In this document: positions 1 through 8,043 of the stretch, in pieces
Layout of the letters: every line of letters begins with the position of its first letter
How positions within the stretch are numbered: position 1 is the stretch's first letter
Assembly (NCBI GenBank): GCA_047611865.1
Contig: JBLFWS010000036.1
Span: forward strand, 1 to 23,642
DNA from: Chlamydiales bacterium
Lineage (GTDB): Bacteria; Chlamydiota; Chlamydiia; Chlamydiales; JBDQID01
Length of the DNA: 23,642 nt
Direction: 5' to 3'
Notes under the pieces: model-generated
Databases searched by the model: none
What the model was told of the DNA's origin: nothing
What the model saw: the letters and a program-made list of their open reading frames with translations, nothing else
Program-made: the position numbers and the translations under genes

Positions 1-96
1 CAACATTTCTTGAAGAGGACTCTCACCTCTCTTATCGTATACCATCACAAGCGCACTGTCGCACTTTCAGTGCTCAAATTAATAAATTAATCATTT

Positions 97-186
97 CCTA
101 GCCCTTCGTTCGCCAAAGGCTCACTTCAGACTAGGCTATTACTGTAACGGAACTTCGTTCCTCATGAAGGCTTCGCCAATGCCACA
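97..186 (-). repeat. REP-like structured hairpin cluster (GAA/TTT triloops, symmetric GA internal loops)
   Basis: Minus strand 135-97 reads CCTAGTCT-GAA-GT-GA-GCC-TTT-GGC-GA-AC-GAA-GGGCTAGG. Minus strand 186-143 reads TGTGGC...GGC-GAA-GCC...GGAAC-GAA-GTTCC-GTTACA, a three-way junction. Confidence 0.5.
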
Positions 187-209
187 AAAGATAAAAAAAA
201 CGGCCATTT

Positions 210-305
210 GTAATTTTAATACACGACTTAGGTCGTGTATTAAAAATAGAGAATGCCCACAACCATATACGTTTTTTTTAAAAAAAACCCAAGTCGTGTA
301 TAAAA
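210..305. mobile_element. Cluster of IS1-like miniature-element (MITE) terminal repeats, consensus GGTCGTGTATTAAAA
   Basis: Reverse copy 210-228, forward copy 231-249 and degenerate copy 292-305. The first two form a 14-bp palindrome TTTTAATACACGAC-ttag-GTCGTGTATTAAAA (214-245). The same motif recurs at 23456. Confidence 0.6.
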
Positions 306-345
306 GAAGAGGACCGGCAAGATAAAGTATTCATCCTGCCGGTCC
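302..345 (-). terminator. Intrinsic terminator downstream of the ruvB-spoIID unit
   Basis: Stem GGACCGGCA...TGCCGGTCC (311-345) followed on the minus strand by TCTTCTTTT, 33 nt after the stop codon. Confidence 0.7.
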
Positions 346-378
346 AATCAATCACTTGAAACTATCAAATAAGTATAG

Positions 379-1638
379 CTACCTTATATCAGCTTCCTGG
401 GCTTCAGAGGCTTCCATGGCCATGTTTGCATTTATTCCCACTCGATTTGTACTAGGCAGAACTTCTTCTGCCATAGAGATAAATACATCAGGGAAAAACG
501 CAGACAATATCTTGGACGCGTCATCACCTTTGTCTGCCATTATTTCAGCGCTATAAAGACAAAGACCTACTCCATGTCCCTTGCCATAACCTTCAAAGAT
601 CACCATCCCATCTTCCAAAGAGAGGGTAAAATCACTGCTCTGGACATTGTTCTTCCCTAAGATTTTCTGTAAGGAAAGAAAACCTACATCTCTAGAGTGA
701 AAGCCATCATTAAGGCGAAGGGCATAAACCCTTTCAGATTCTCTATCACGGAAAACCTTCAAATCTGAGATGTTCCCCAGTTTTGCTTTCCTTGCCAAGT
801 CTTCTCTGGATATCGTATAGGACCAAGTATTTTCCGCACGACTCATCGCTGAATAGGGTGCCTCCACTCCATTTTGTGGTCCAGGCATACCCTGACGGAA
901 TATGGCTTGATAAGAGGCCGTTTTTCCTCCGCTATTCTCAGTCCACCTTGCGGGAAATGGTCCACCATTTACAACATCATTCATAACGAGGTGCTTCGTG
1001 GCATCAACAGAAGCGTCCACTCCATTATGTCTGAAAGTAACAGCAAATCCTCTATAATCTGCGTCTTTAGCTGTAATATGCCAAAACTTTCCGAGGTTAC
1101 GCTCTCTTTGAAAGTGAGCATCTGTTCTTGCTATAATACTGATCGCAGCCATGGCTTCAGGAGTAGAGGGTTCGTCAAGCATGACACCCAAGGTAGACTT
1201 TACGTAGTCTTCAATATCCACTTCATTAACGACGCTAATTTTATCGTTACCGATTTGGTATACATAGACAGAACCACGATATTCAATTCCGTTAATCAAT
1301 ATAGTAGTGCTTTCATCATCGGGAACAAAAGCTACCTGAAAAATTCCGGGAAATTCCTCACCCCACTTCAATCCGCCACCTTGAGGCTGAACAAAACGAC
1401 TCTTCTTAAAAAAGCGTGTCCCCAATCTCTCCCCATTCAATGGGTTGAAGATATTGTAAGCTCCCTTTATCTCTAGCAATGCGCCATCAACTAGCGGATT
1501 GATAAGAACTTTTATCTTAGCAGGCTCTGGAACTTCTTCCATTCCGAATGTGGATTTCAATTTTTCCCAAGTCTGGGCATGGAGAGCCGAACCATGGCCC
1601 AAAAGCAAACATAGGGTAAAAAGGATTCTAATGATCAT
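379..1638 (-). CDS. SpoIID/LytB-domain peptidoglycan lytic transglycosylase homolog, secreted
   Basis: Signal peptide (MIIRILFTLCLLLGHGSALHA), YRG...VNEVDIEDYVKS...EAMAA...ART and C-terminal G.G.GHGVGLC motifs. Start moved to ATG 1638, which has a GGAG ribosome-binding site upstream. Confidence 0.85.
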   Translation of the reverse strand: MIIRILFTLCLLLGHGSALHAQTWEKLKSTFGMEEVPEPAKIKVLINPLVDGALLEIKGAYNIFNPLNGERLGTRFFKKSRFVQPQGGGLKWGEEFPGIFQVAFVPDDESTTILINGIEYRGSVYVYQIGNDKISVVNEVDIEDYVKSTLGVMLDEPSTPEAMAAISIIARTDAHFQRERNLGKFWHITAKDADYRGFAVTFRHNGVDASVDATKHLVMNDVVNGGPFPARWTENSGGKTASYQAIFRQGMPGPQNGVEAPYSAMSRAENTWSYTISREDLARKAKLGNISDLKVFRDRESERVYALRLNDGFHSRDVGFLSLQKILGKNNVQSSDFTLSLEDGMVIFEGYGKGHGVGLCLYSAEIMADKGDDASKILSAFFPDVFISMAEEVLPSTNRVGINANMAMEASEAQEADIR

Positions 1639-1674
1639 TGACACTTCTCCCAATCTTCAACAAAAGTCATCGAT

Positions 1675-2679
1675 TTATTTCTTGGGCAATGGCTTATTCA
1701 TATGACGATACGCAAGATCTGTCGCCTTGCGTCCTTGCGTTGTACGCTGAATAAACCCCTGAAGAATAAGAAATGGTTCGTACACCTCTTCCAAGGTGGA
1801 TCCTTCCTCTCCCACGGCTACCGCGAGAGTCTTCAGTCCTACAGGCCCTCCATTATAGTGATCTATCATAACACTCAGAATCTTTTTGTCCATCTCATCA
1901 AGACCCTTTTCATCAATAGCTAACATCTTTAGTGCCTGATCGGCCACTGAACCATTAATTTTTCTATCTTTAACGCGCATTTGTGCAAAGTCACGAACCC
2001 AACGCAAAAGGTTATTGGCTATACGCGGAGTTCCCCGTGAACGCCGAGCAATTTCTCCTAACCCATCTTTATTGATATCCATGCTCAAGATCTTACTCGA
2101 TCGAGACAGTATCCTTTCCAGAGTTTCCGCGTCGTAATAATCCAAACGCGAAGTGTTAGCAAAGCGAGAACGAAGCGGGCTTGTCAGTAAACCCATTCGT
2201 GTAGTAGCTCCCACAAGAGTAAATTGGTTGAGTTTTACTTGAACGGAGCGTGCGCTCGGCCCACTATCAATAACCAAATCAAGAACGAAATCTTCCATAG
2301 CGCTGTAGAGATATTCCTCAACAGTCTTATTCATACGGTGTATTTCGTCGATAAAGAGTAAATCTCCCTCTTGCAAAGAAGTGAGAACTCCTGCCAGGTC
2401 GCCCGGTTTGTCAATGATAGGCCCTGTGGTAACGGTGATGTTACTACCCATTGCCTTAGCGAGAATATTGGCAAGTGTCGTTTTGCCTAAACCCGGAGGT
2501 CCACAAAACAGACAGTGCCCTAAAGGTTCGTTGCGCTGTGTCGCTGCCCCAATAAGAACTTCAAGGCGTTCGCGCACGTTTTGCTGTCCCTCAAAATCAT
2601 CTAATGTCTGGGGCCGCAACGGTATCTCAAAGACTGAATCACTTTGACTCAGGGATGTTTCGATGTAACTTTCTGTCAT
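1675..2679 (-). CDS. ruvB: Holliday junction branch migration helicase RuvB
   Basis: [12 protein letters not shown], Walker [12 protein letters not shown], Walker [29 protein letters not shown]. Confidence 0.98.
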   Translation of the reverse strand: MTESYIETSLSQSDSVFEIPLRPQTLDDFEGQQNVRERLEVLIGAATQRNEPLGHCLFCGPPGLGKTTLANILAKAMGSNITVTTGPIIDKPGDLAGVLTSLQEGDLLFIDEIHRMNKTVEEYLYSAMEDFVLDLVIDSGPSARSVQVKLNQFTLVGATTRMGLLTSPLRSRFANTSRLDYYDAETLERILSRSSKILSMDINKDGLGEIARRSRGTPRIANNLLRWVRDFAQMRVKDRKINGSVADQALKMLAIDEKGLDEMDKKILSVMIDHYNGGPVGLKTLAVAVGEEGSTLEEVYEPFLILQGFIQRTTQGRKATDLAYRHMNKPLPKK

Positions 2680-2761
2680 TCGTCTCTCGCAAAATAACGA
2701 GAATCAAAAACCAAGGGCCTTCTTTCTTTCCAGTTCTGAAAGAAAAAAAGCCGCGCCTGGT

Positions 2762-4117
2762 TTATAAGACTCCCAAGGCCTGAAGGAAAACAAATACAAT
2801 TAAAAACGGAGCGCTGTATTTAAAGCAAAACCAAAAATAATTGTCTAGCCATCCATACCTTTGGAAAAGATCAGAAGCTCCCTTTTTCAGGTGTTCCAAA
2901 GCAATCTCTTTTCCCCATCCCCAGCCAATCGTCACAACAGCGACAAAACCACCTATGGGAATTAACACGCTCGTACACAGAAAATCTGCCGCTTCGAGAA
3001 AAGTCATACCGAACAAGGTATACTCACTGAGTAAGCCCATAGATAACGCACTGGGAATTCCAAAAAGAAAAGCAAACAAGCCCGTTACACAAACGGCCTT
3101 CTTTCTAGCCCACCCCTTTTCATCAGAAAGGTAAGCAATCATGGGTTCCATCGCTGAAATTTCAGATGTCAATGCTGCAAGTACAACGAGTAGGAAAAAG
3201 AAAATTGCAGCCAGGTAACCACCAGGAATTTGACCAAACACATAAGGTAGAGTATGGAATATCAGCGCAGGACCAGCGTCTGGCTCCATTCCCGCTGAAA
3301 ATGCAATCGTAAAAACAGCTACCGCCATCATGAGTGACACAAGAGTGTCTAAGAGTGCAATAGGCAAACATGACTTGGGAATATTTTCATCTTCTGGAAG
3401 GTAACTTCCGTACGTGATCATCGTTCCCTGCCCAAGGCTTAAAGTAAAAAACGAATGCCCAAGTGCTGTAATAATGGCAGCTGGTGTCAAAAGAGACCAG
3501 TTAGGAGAAAGTAAAAATCGCAATCCCTCGCTGGCATTTGGCAAGCTAAGACCCTTTATCACCAAACCTACGAGAACAACCATTAAAATGGGCATCAGGT
3601 ATGTGGTTCCCTTTTCGATCCCCTTACGCACTCCACCAGAAAGAACAATCACACAAATGAACATAAATAAAGCATGAAAAGACAGGGTCCACCATGCCGA
3701 ACCTACCAGTCCAGAAAAATGTCGTGAGGAAGCATCAAGATCCCCGAAATAGGATAAGTTCCCCAATGCCGCTTCAGCGACATAGCCAAGGATCCACCCA
3801 GCGACAACACTGTAAAACGAGCTGACAACAAAACCGGTTAAAAGAATCATTCCTCCAGCTATCTTTGACATGGGCCCGCTCCCCACTTGGCTCAAAGCAC
3901 CATAGGGATTTTTACGAGTTTTTCTTCCTAGCATGATTTCAGCTACCAGGACAGGAAAACCGATTAACAAGAGGCAAATGAGATAGACAGCGATGAAAGC
4001 GGCGCCACCATTTTGACCAACGATATAAGGAAATTTCCAAATGTTCGCCAGACCAACAGCAGAGCCCACAGCCGCGAATACAAAGCCTAGTCGCGACTTC
4101 CAGGATTCTCTTTCCAT
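2762..4117 (-). CDS. Sodium-dependent transporter, neurotransmitter:sodium symporter (NSS/SNF) family
   Basis: RESWKSRLGFVFAAVGSAVGLANIWKFPY, NGGAAF, FFTLSLG and about 11 hydrophobic segments. Start set at ATG 4117 (MERESW) rather than TTG 4189. Confidence 0.95.
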   Translation of the reverse strand: MERESWKSRLGFVFAAVGSAVGLANIWKFPYIVGQNGGAAFIAVYLICLLLIGFPVLVAEIMLGRKTRKNPYGALSQVGSGPMSKIAGGMILLTGFVVSSFYSVVAGWILGYVAEAALGNLSYFGDLDASSRHFSGLVGSAWWTLSFHALFMFICVIVLSGGVRKGIEKGTTYLMPILMVVLVGLVIKGLSLPNASEGLRFLLSPNWSLLTPAAIITALGHSFFTLSLGQGTMITYGSYLPEDENIPKSCLPIALLDTLVSLMMAVAVFTIAFSAGMEPDAGPALIFHTLPYVFGQIPGGYLAAIFFFLLVVLAALTSEISAMEPMIAYLSDEKGWARKKAVCVTGLFAFLFGIPSALSMGLLSEYTLFGMTFLEAADFLCTSVLIPIGGFVAVVTIGWGWGKEIALEHLKKGASDLFQRYGWLDNYFWFCFKYSAPFLIVFVFLQALGVL

Positions 4118-4477
4118 GATCTTTGATGTCCTTACAATAAATTGATTGATGAATGAGCTGACTTCTAATAAGAAACCCGACTCACCCAATTATAATACAA
4201 ATTAAGATGAGAGTATCTTGCCATTTTTTATTATATTTTACAATTCCAAAGCACCTTGATTAGCCACTATTAAAATAATTACTTTGTTTATGGGGCGCAG
4301 AGGTGTGGAGTCGCGGGGACACAGAGACAAAATAAAATAAAAAGCACTTTGTCTGCTGCACTAGTTTTTTTTAAAAAAAACCTACCCTTTCAAGCTAGAT
4401 CATATATATATTAATTTTAAAACTAAATGCATTTATGCAAGTTATTAATTTAATTACCAAGCACATAGTAAATTCTA

Positions 4478-4507
4478 TTGATAACATAGCTACAGATTAG
4501 TTATAAT
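4478..4507 (+). promoter_or_regulatory. Putative sigma66/sigma70 promoter facing the translocon operon
   Basis: TTGATA-N18-TATAAT. The region is AT-rich, so a chance match is possible. Confidence 0.5.
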
Positions 4508-4781
4508 ATACTTCTTAATAAGGAAATCTAATTTTTACTCCTCGATCTACGCTCCACCACAGTGAGCACGCAATAAGCGTATTACGATAAATCAAACGAC
4601 AATCAGCCCCTAAAAGAAGCCTAAACAAGTATTTTGCATTTGATATATTTGCAAATATTGTTGTTTCCTATATGTTTTGGAGACTGTAAGAAAGTTTGTT
4701 GAAATAAAAACTTTTATATGACTTACCCAGTAGTCTAACTAATATTAAATAGTTTAAAATCTCTTGTATGTGAGGTACGTT

Positions 4782-5270
4782 ATGCCTGAAATAAGTGAAG
4801 TCGCACAAACTGCAGCAGCAGCCGTGACAGACTATAAAAACCTTTCCATTGAAGCTCATGCTGAGTCCGTTCTGAGTCCATTAATTAAGTTTACTGAAGA
4901 CCAGGTTCAACAGCAGCTTGAAGAAACCAATCAGCGTACCAAGCTTCTACAAGAACTTGAGACTCTCTCACAAAACATCAGACTTGCCGGTGGCGACATG
5001 GACTGGTCTGCCAATGAAGAAGTCAAAAAGCTTATCGACCTTGCCAGAGAACTGGGTACTACACTTCCTGCTGGATATGTATGGCCAGCTGCCCAAGCTA
5101 GTGCTTGTATTGAAGGTATCAAAGGTACAGTTGACAAACTGAACAACCTGAACAACAAAGACGAGTACAGAATCAGAAAAATGGTGGACCACATCAGCAA
5201 CCTGTACATGCTGCTTAAAACTATAGCAAGTAAAGCAGACGAAACGAAAAAATTTATGTTGCAAAGGTAA
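4782..5270 (+). CDS. Candidate T3SS needle-tip/filament protein (EspA/SseB/Bsp22-like C-terminus)
   Basis: ATG 4782 with GAGGT ribosome-binding site at 4772-4776. Helical, coiled-coil N-half. C-terminus IEGIKGTVDKLNNLNNKDEYRIRKMVDHISNLYMLLKTIASKADETKKFML. First gene of the translocon operon. The CDS itself is well supported; the function is inferred. Confidence 0.55.
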   Translation: MPEISEVAQTAAAAVTDYKNLSIEAHAESVLSPLIKFTEDQVQQQLEETNQRTKLLQELETLSQNIRLAGGDMDWSANEEVKKLIDLARELGTTLPAGYVWPAAQASACIEGIKGTVDKLNNLNNKDEYRIRKMVDHISNLYMLLKTIASKADETKKFMLQR

Positions 5271-5281
5271 TCTTTATCCTT

Positions 5282-5305
5282 GAGTGGAGCCTGTTCCGCT
5301 CTTTT
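5282..5305 (+). terminator. Internal terminator/attenuator-like hairpin after the first translocon gene
   Basis: GAGTGGA-gcctgt-TCCGCTC followed by TTTT, 11 nt after stop 5270. Confidence 0.55.
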
Positions 5306-5324
5306 GGATGGATTTTCATAAAAT

Positions 5325-5801
5325 ATGATGGATTTACGTTTTGTAGAACAGTCGCAGCGAGATGGCTGCGATAAGGATATTTCTTATGGCCCGGATTCCC
5401 TTACGGAAAACGGTGTAGATGCTTTGTATTCAATAGCTTACCAGTTCTACCAAAATGCACATTACGAAGATGCCATTTGCACTTTCAGCATGCTTGCCTC
5501 TATCGCCCCTTTCGATAAGAAGCACTGGATTGGTCTTGGTGCTGCCAGGCAAGTCCACAAGGATTTCGACGGAGCCCTAAAAGCTTACGCCGCTGCTGCA
5601 ATCATTGATATCGACGATCCTACCCCCCACCTGCATGCAGCAGAATCTTATCTTGCCTTAAGAAAACCCGAAGAGGCTCTTAAAGCAATAGAGATGGCAG
5701 AAGAGCGTGCTAGCCGCGCAAAAGGTGACAATACTCCAATTTTGGAGCGGCTTGCCGTTATGAAGAAAATATGGAATGAGACTGTAGAGGAGAAAGTCTA
5801 G
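5325..5801 (+). CDS. SycD/LcrH-family (class II) T3SS translocator chaperone
   Basis: Three TPRs with the family pattern LYSIAYQFYQNAHYEDA..F..L....P....HWIGLGAARQ...F..AL.AY.....ID..DP.PHLHAAE.YL; 158 aa, acidic. Confidence 0.93.
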   Translation: MMDLRFVEQSQRDGCDKDISYGPDSLTENGVDALYSIAYQFYQNAHYEDAICTFSMLASIAPFDKKHWIGLGAARQVHKDFDGALKAYAAAAIIDIDDPTPHLHAAESYLALRKPEEALKAIEMAEERASRAKGDNTPILERLAVMKKIWNETVEEKV

Positions 5802-5803
5802 TT

Positions 5804-6745
5804 ATGAACCAGATGTACATAGCCCCCGTACAAGCCCATTTACATCCATTATGGCCTGAGTTGTCAGCAATGGAAGGCTTTGAAACAGAAGTTCCTCTGA
5901 AGGAGTCCGCCAAAGACCCTGTTCTGGACCTGATACTACCCAAAGGTTACCTTGCTGTTAAAGACACGCAAGCCATTTCAGCGGTAGAACCTGCTCTTTT
6001 CCAGGAAGTAGATACCCGCCCCAGACTAGTTCCCCCTATTGAGTTCAATCTAAGTCAAGCTGTTGGCGACTTCTTATTTCTGCAGCAGCAGTTTGTCAGA
6101 AGCCGGATTGAAAATAGCCAAGACTTTCTTACTACCGAACAAGAAAAGTACCAAAAGATCCATCAGGAACTTTTAGCAACGTATCTGGAATCTTCGAAAA
6201 AACTCGACAACAACAAAACTTGGGATGCCCTTCTAAATGTTGGCGGATACCTTAGTTCTACTGCCACAATTGCAGCCGGAATCTCCTTGGGAGTTGGTGC
6301 TGCTGGCGCACTAGTTGTTTCAGCCGGAGCTTTTACTTTGCTTAACCAGCTAGCTGGTGGTTTTTTCAGCAAAGGTGTTTCCCAAATCACTGGTGCCAAT
6401 GAATCCACTGTAGACGTAGCCTTCAGTCTGGTTTCTTTTGCCCTGGGAGCTGGAAGCGCCCTGGCAGGAAAGACTGTAAGTGCAGGCCTTAATGCTGTAA
6501 GAATCGGAGCCTATGCTATGGAAAACGTTTCTCATGCAGGCCAAGAATACAATAAATCCCAAATCACGAATCTTGAAGCGGACTCTGATGTCCTTAACAA
6601 TCAACTTACGATGATGAGAAGGGATAGTTCAGAAGAACAAGATAAAATTAAAGAATACTTAAGAATGCTCGAAAGACTTGCCTCGCACACATCCCAAATT
6701 CAGGATGATAGTGACAAGCTTTCCAAAGCCCTATTAGTAAGGTAA
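5804..6745 (+). CDS. Major translocator-like protein (CopB/CopB2, YopB/SseC class)
   Basis: Starts 2 nt after the chaperone stop. Coiled coil, then two Gly/Ala-rich hydrophobic segments (TATIAAGISLGVGAAGALVVSAGAFTLL; VAFSLVSFALGAGSALAG), then a C-terminal coiled coil. Confidence 0.75.
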   Translation: MNQMYIAPVQAHLHPLWPELSAMEGFETEVPLKESAKDPVLDLILPKGYLAVKDTQAISAVEPALFQEVDTRPRLVPPIEFNLSQAVGDFLFLQQQFVRSRIENSQDFLTTEQEKYQKIHQELLATYLESSKKLDNNKTWDALLNVGGYLSSTATIAAGISLGVGAAGALVVSAGAFTLLNQLAGGFFSKGVSQITGANESTVDVAFSLVSFALGAGSALAGKTVSAGLNAVRIGAYAMENVSHAGQEYNKSQITNLEADSDVLNNQLTMMRRDSSEEQDKIKEYLRMLERLASHTSQIQDDSDKLSKALLVR

Positions 6746-6757
6746 AAGGAGACAACC

Positions 6758-7321
6758 ATGTCAGAATTATCAATAGCCTCTGCTAAGCGGCATATCGAAG
6801 ACAATAAACTCGCTCAGGTAGCAGAAACCTTCGCTGAAATTGAAAGAACTTTGAAAAGCTGGAGCAGAGAAGCCGAAGAAGGCTCCCGCACATACGAAAT
6901 CAAGAAAATCAAAGAGAATGAAACTAGCCTTGTCGCAAAAAGACGTCTGGCAAAATACGGTTTTGCTCTAGCAGTATCCTCTTCCATCTTCACAATCGCG
7001 GCGCAATGCACACAGACCAGCAAACTTGGCGAAGCTAAATCATTCAGCCAAGTATGTAACATTATTCGCGGTGAAGGAAAAATGGCGGCTGGAACCTCAG
7101 CACTTTCCGGTGTCTACAAAGTAGCCTCTGATTACTTTCCTAAATACCAGGATACCATTTCCAGCCAAGCCCAAATGAACTCTGATGAGCTTAGAATTCG
7201 CGGAGACAGGATGTACCAATTTAAAGGTGAGTTAAGTCAAGCCTCCGATAAGTCTTTCAGTCTTTTAGAAGAACTCTTGAGAACAAACAAAGAAATTTCC
7301 AGAACAATTCTCGGAAGTTAA
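6758..7321 (+). CDS. Minor translocator-like protein (CopD/CopD2, YopD/SseD class)
   Basis: AGGAG ribosome-binding site; single hydrophobic segment (YGFALAVSSSIFTIAA); C-terminal amphipathic helix (SFSLLEELLRTNKEISRTIL); last gene before the terminator. Confidence 0.65.
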   Translation: MSELSIASAKRHIEDNKLAQVAETFAEIERTLKSWSREAEEGSRTYEIKKIKENETSLVAKRRLAKYGFALAVSSSIFTIAAQCTQTSKLGEAKSFSQVCNIIRGEGKMAAGTSALSGVYKVASDYFPKYQDTISSQAQMNSDELRIRGDRMYQFKGELSQASDKSFSLLEELLRTNKEISRTILGS

Positions 7322-7337
7322 TCCAGCCTTTCTTAGC

Positions 7338-7369
7338 AAAGGCAAGGTGGCAATTTTCACCTTGCCTTT
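7338..7369 (+). terminator. Terminator of the translocon operon
   Basis: Perfect 12-bp stem AAAGGCAAGGTG / CACCTTGCCTTT. Confidence 0.75.
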
Positions 7370-7404
7370 CAAATTTTCTCGCCCACTTCAAACGGAGAAG
7401 TTAA

Positions 7405-8043
7405 ATGACCATAGCATCAGCAGACATGTACGCAAGATCTATCCCCCTTCAAGATAACGCTGAACTATGCCAATTTCTTTCGAATCTGGATATCAATGAA
7501 ACGGATCAACAAGGCGGAATCAATACAATACGCACCCAATTTGAACAAAATCAAAACAAATGGGCAGAGAAAAAAAATACTAACGAAAGAAAATATATCA
7601 CTGCTGCTTCTAATGGCGTAGGTGCTATTTTTTCCTTTGCAGCTACTTTTCTCGCTACCCGTCCCGAAATTGCCGCTGCTGGTACACTTTCCGTTATTGC
7701 CGTCTTAACCCACGATGTTGCACTAACGGCCCTAGGCTTCCTGGCTTTCGGAGCCCCAGTTGGAGTAATAAGCGCATTTATCATTCACTGGGTAGGTCAC
7801 ACTATTTATGACCACTCGCACCCTCAACCTGAAATGCCAGATGAGATGAAGACAGAAAATGCTGATAAGATCGCTCGTCTCAAGGAGAAAGTTCAGCTCA
7901 TCGAAACAGAAAAGAGTCGTCTCGAAAGTGGATTACAATTAGGGATTGCAGAAAAACCTCAATTAAATCTAGCAATAAGAAAATTCAAAGGCATCATAGC
8001 CCAAAGCTATGGCGATTCCCAAGTCTCCTCAGCATTAGTATAA
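7405..8043 (+). CDS. Putative inclusion membrane (Inc-like) protein
   Basis: Hydrophilic N-terminus without a signal peptide, a ~65-aa multi-lobed hydrophobic block (GVGAIFSFAATFLA...VISAFIIHWVG), and a C-terminal coiled coil (KIARLKEKVQLIETEKSRLESGL). Confidence 0.65.
   Translation: MTIASADMYARSIPLQDNAELCQFLSNLDINETDQQGGINTIRTQFEQNQNKWAEKKNTNERKYITAASNGVGAIFSFAATFLATRPEIAAAGTLSVIAVLTHDVALTALGFLAFGAPVGVISAFIIHWVGHTIYDHSHPQPEMPDEMKTENADKIARLKEKVQLIETEKSRLESGLQLGIAEKPQLNLAIRKFKGIIAQSYGDSQVSSALV

Noticed and set aside
1..33. Start of a minus-strand gene (ATG at 6-4, GAGGTG upstream)
   Set aside because: Only two codons are in the window and the ribosome-binding-site spacing is long; cannot be supported.
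143..186. Hammerhead ribozyme (three-way junction on the minus strand)
   Set aside because: The core reads CUUCAUGA...GUUAC rather than CUGAnGA...GAAA.
210..305. CRISPR array
   Set aside because: Copies are in opposite orientations with irregular spacing, and there are no cas genes in the window.
874..1476. 200-aa plus-strand ORF
   Set aside because: Antisense shadow of the SpoIID homolog with no recognisable motifs.
1675..2679. ruvB without adjacent ruvA/ruvC as an anomaly
   Set aside because: Separation of ruvB from ruvA/ruvC is the usual arrangement in Chlamydia.
4668..4859. 63-aa minus-strand ORF
   Set aside because: Overlaps the better-supported 4782 gene and its AT-rich upstream region.
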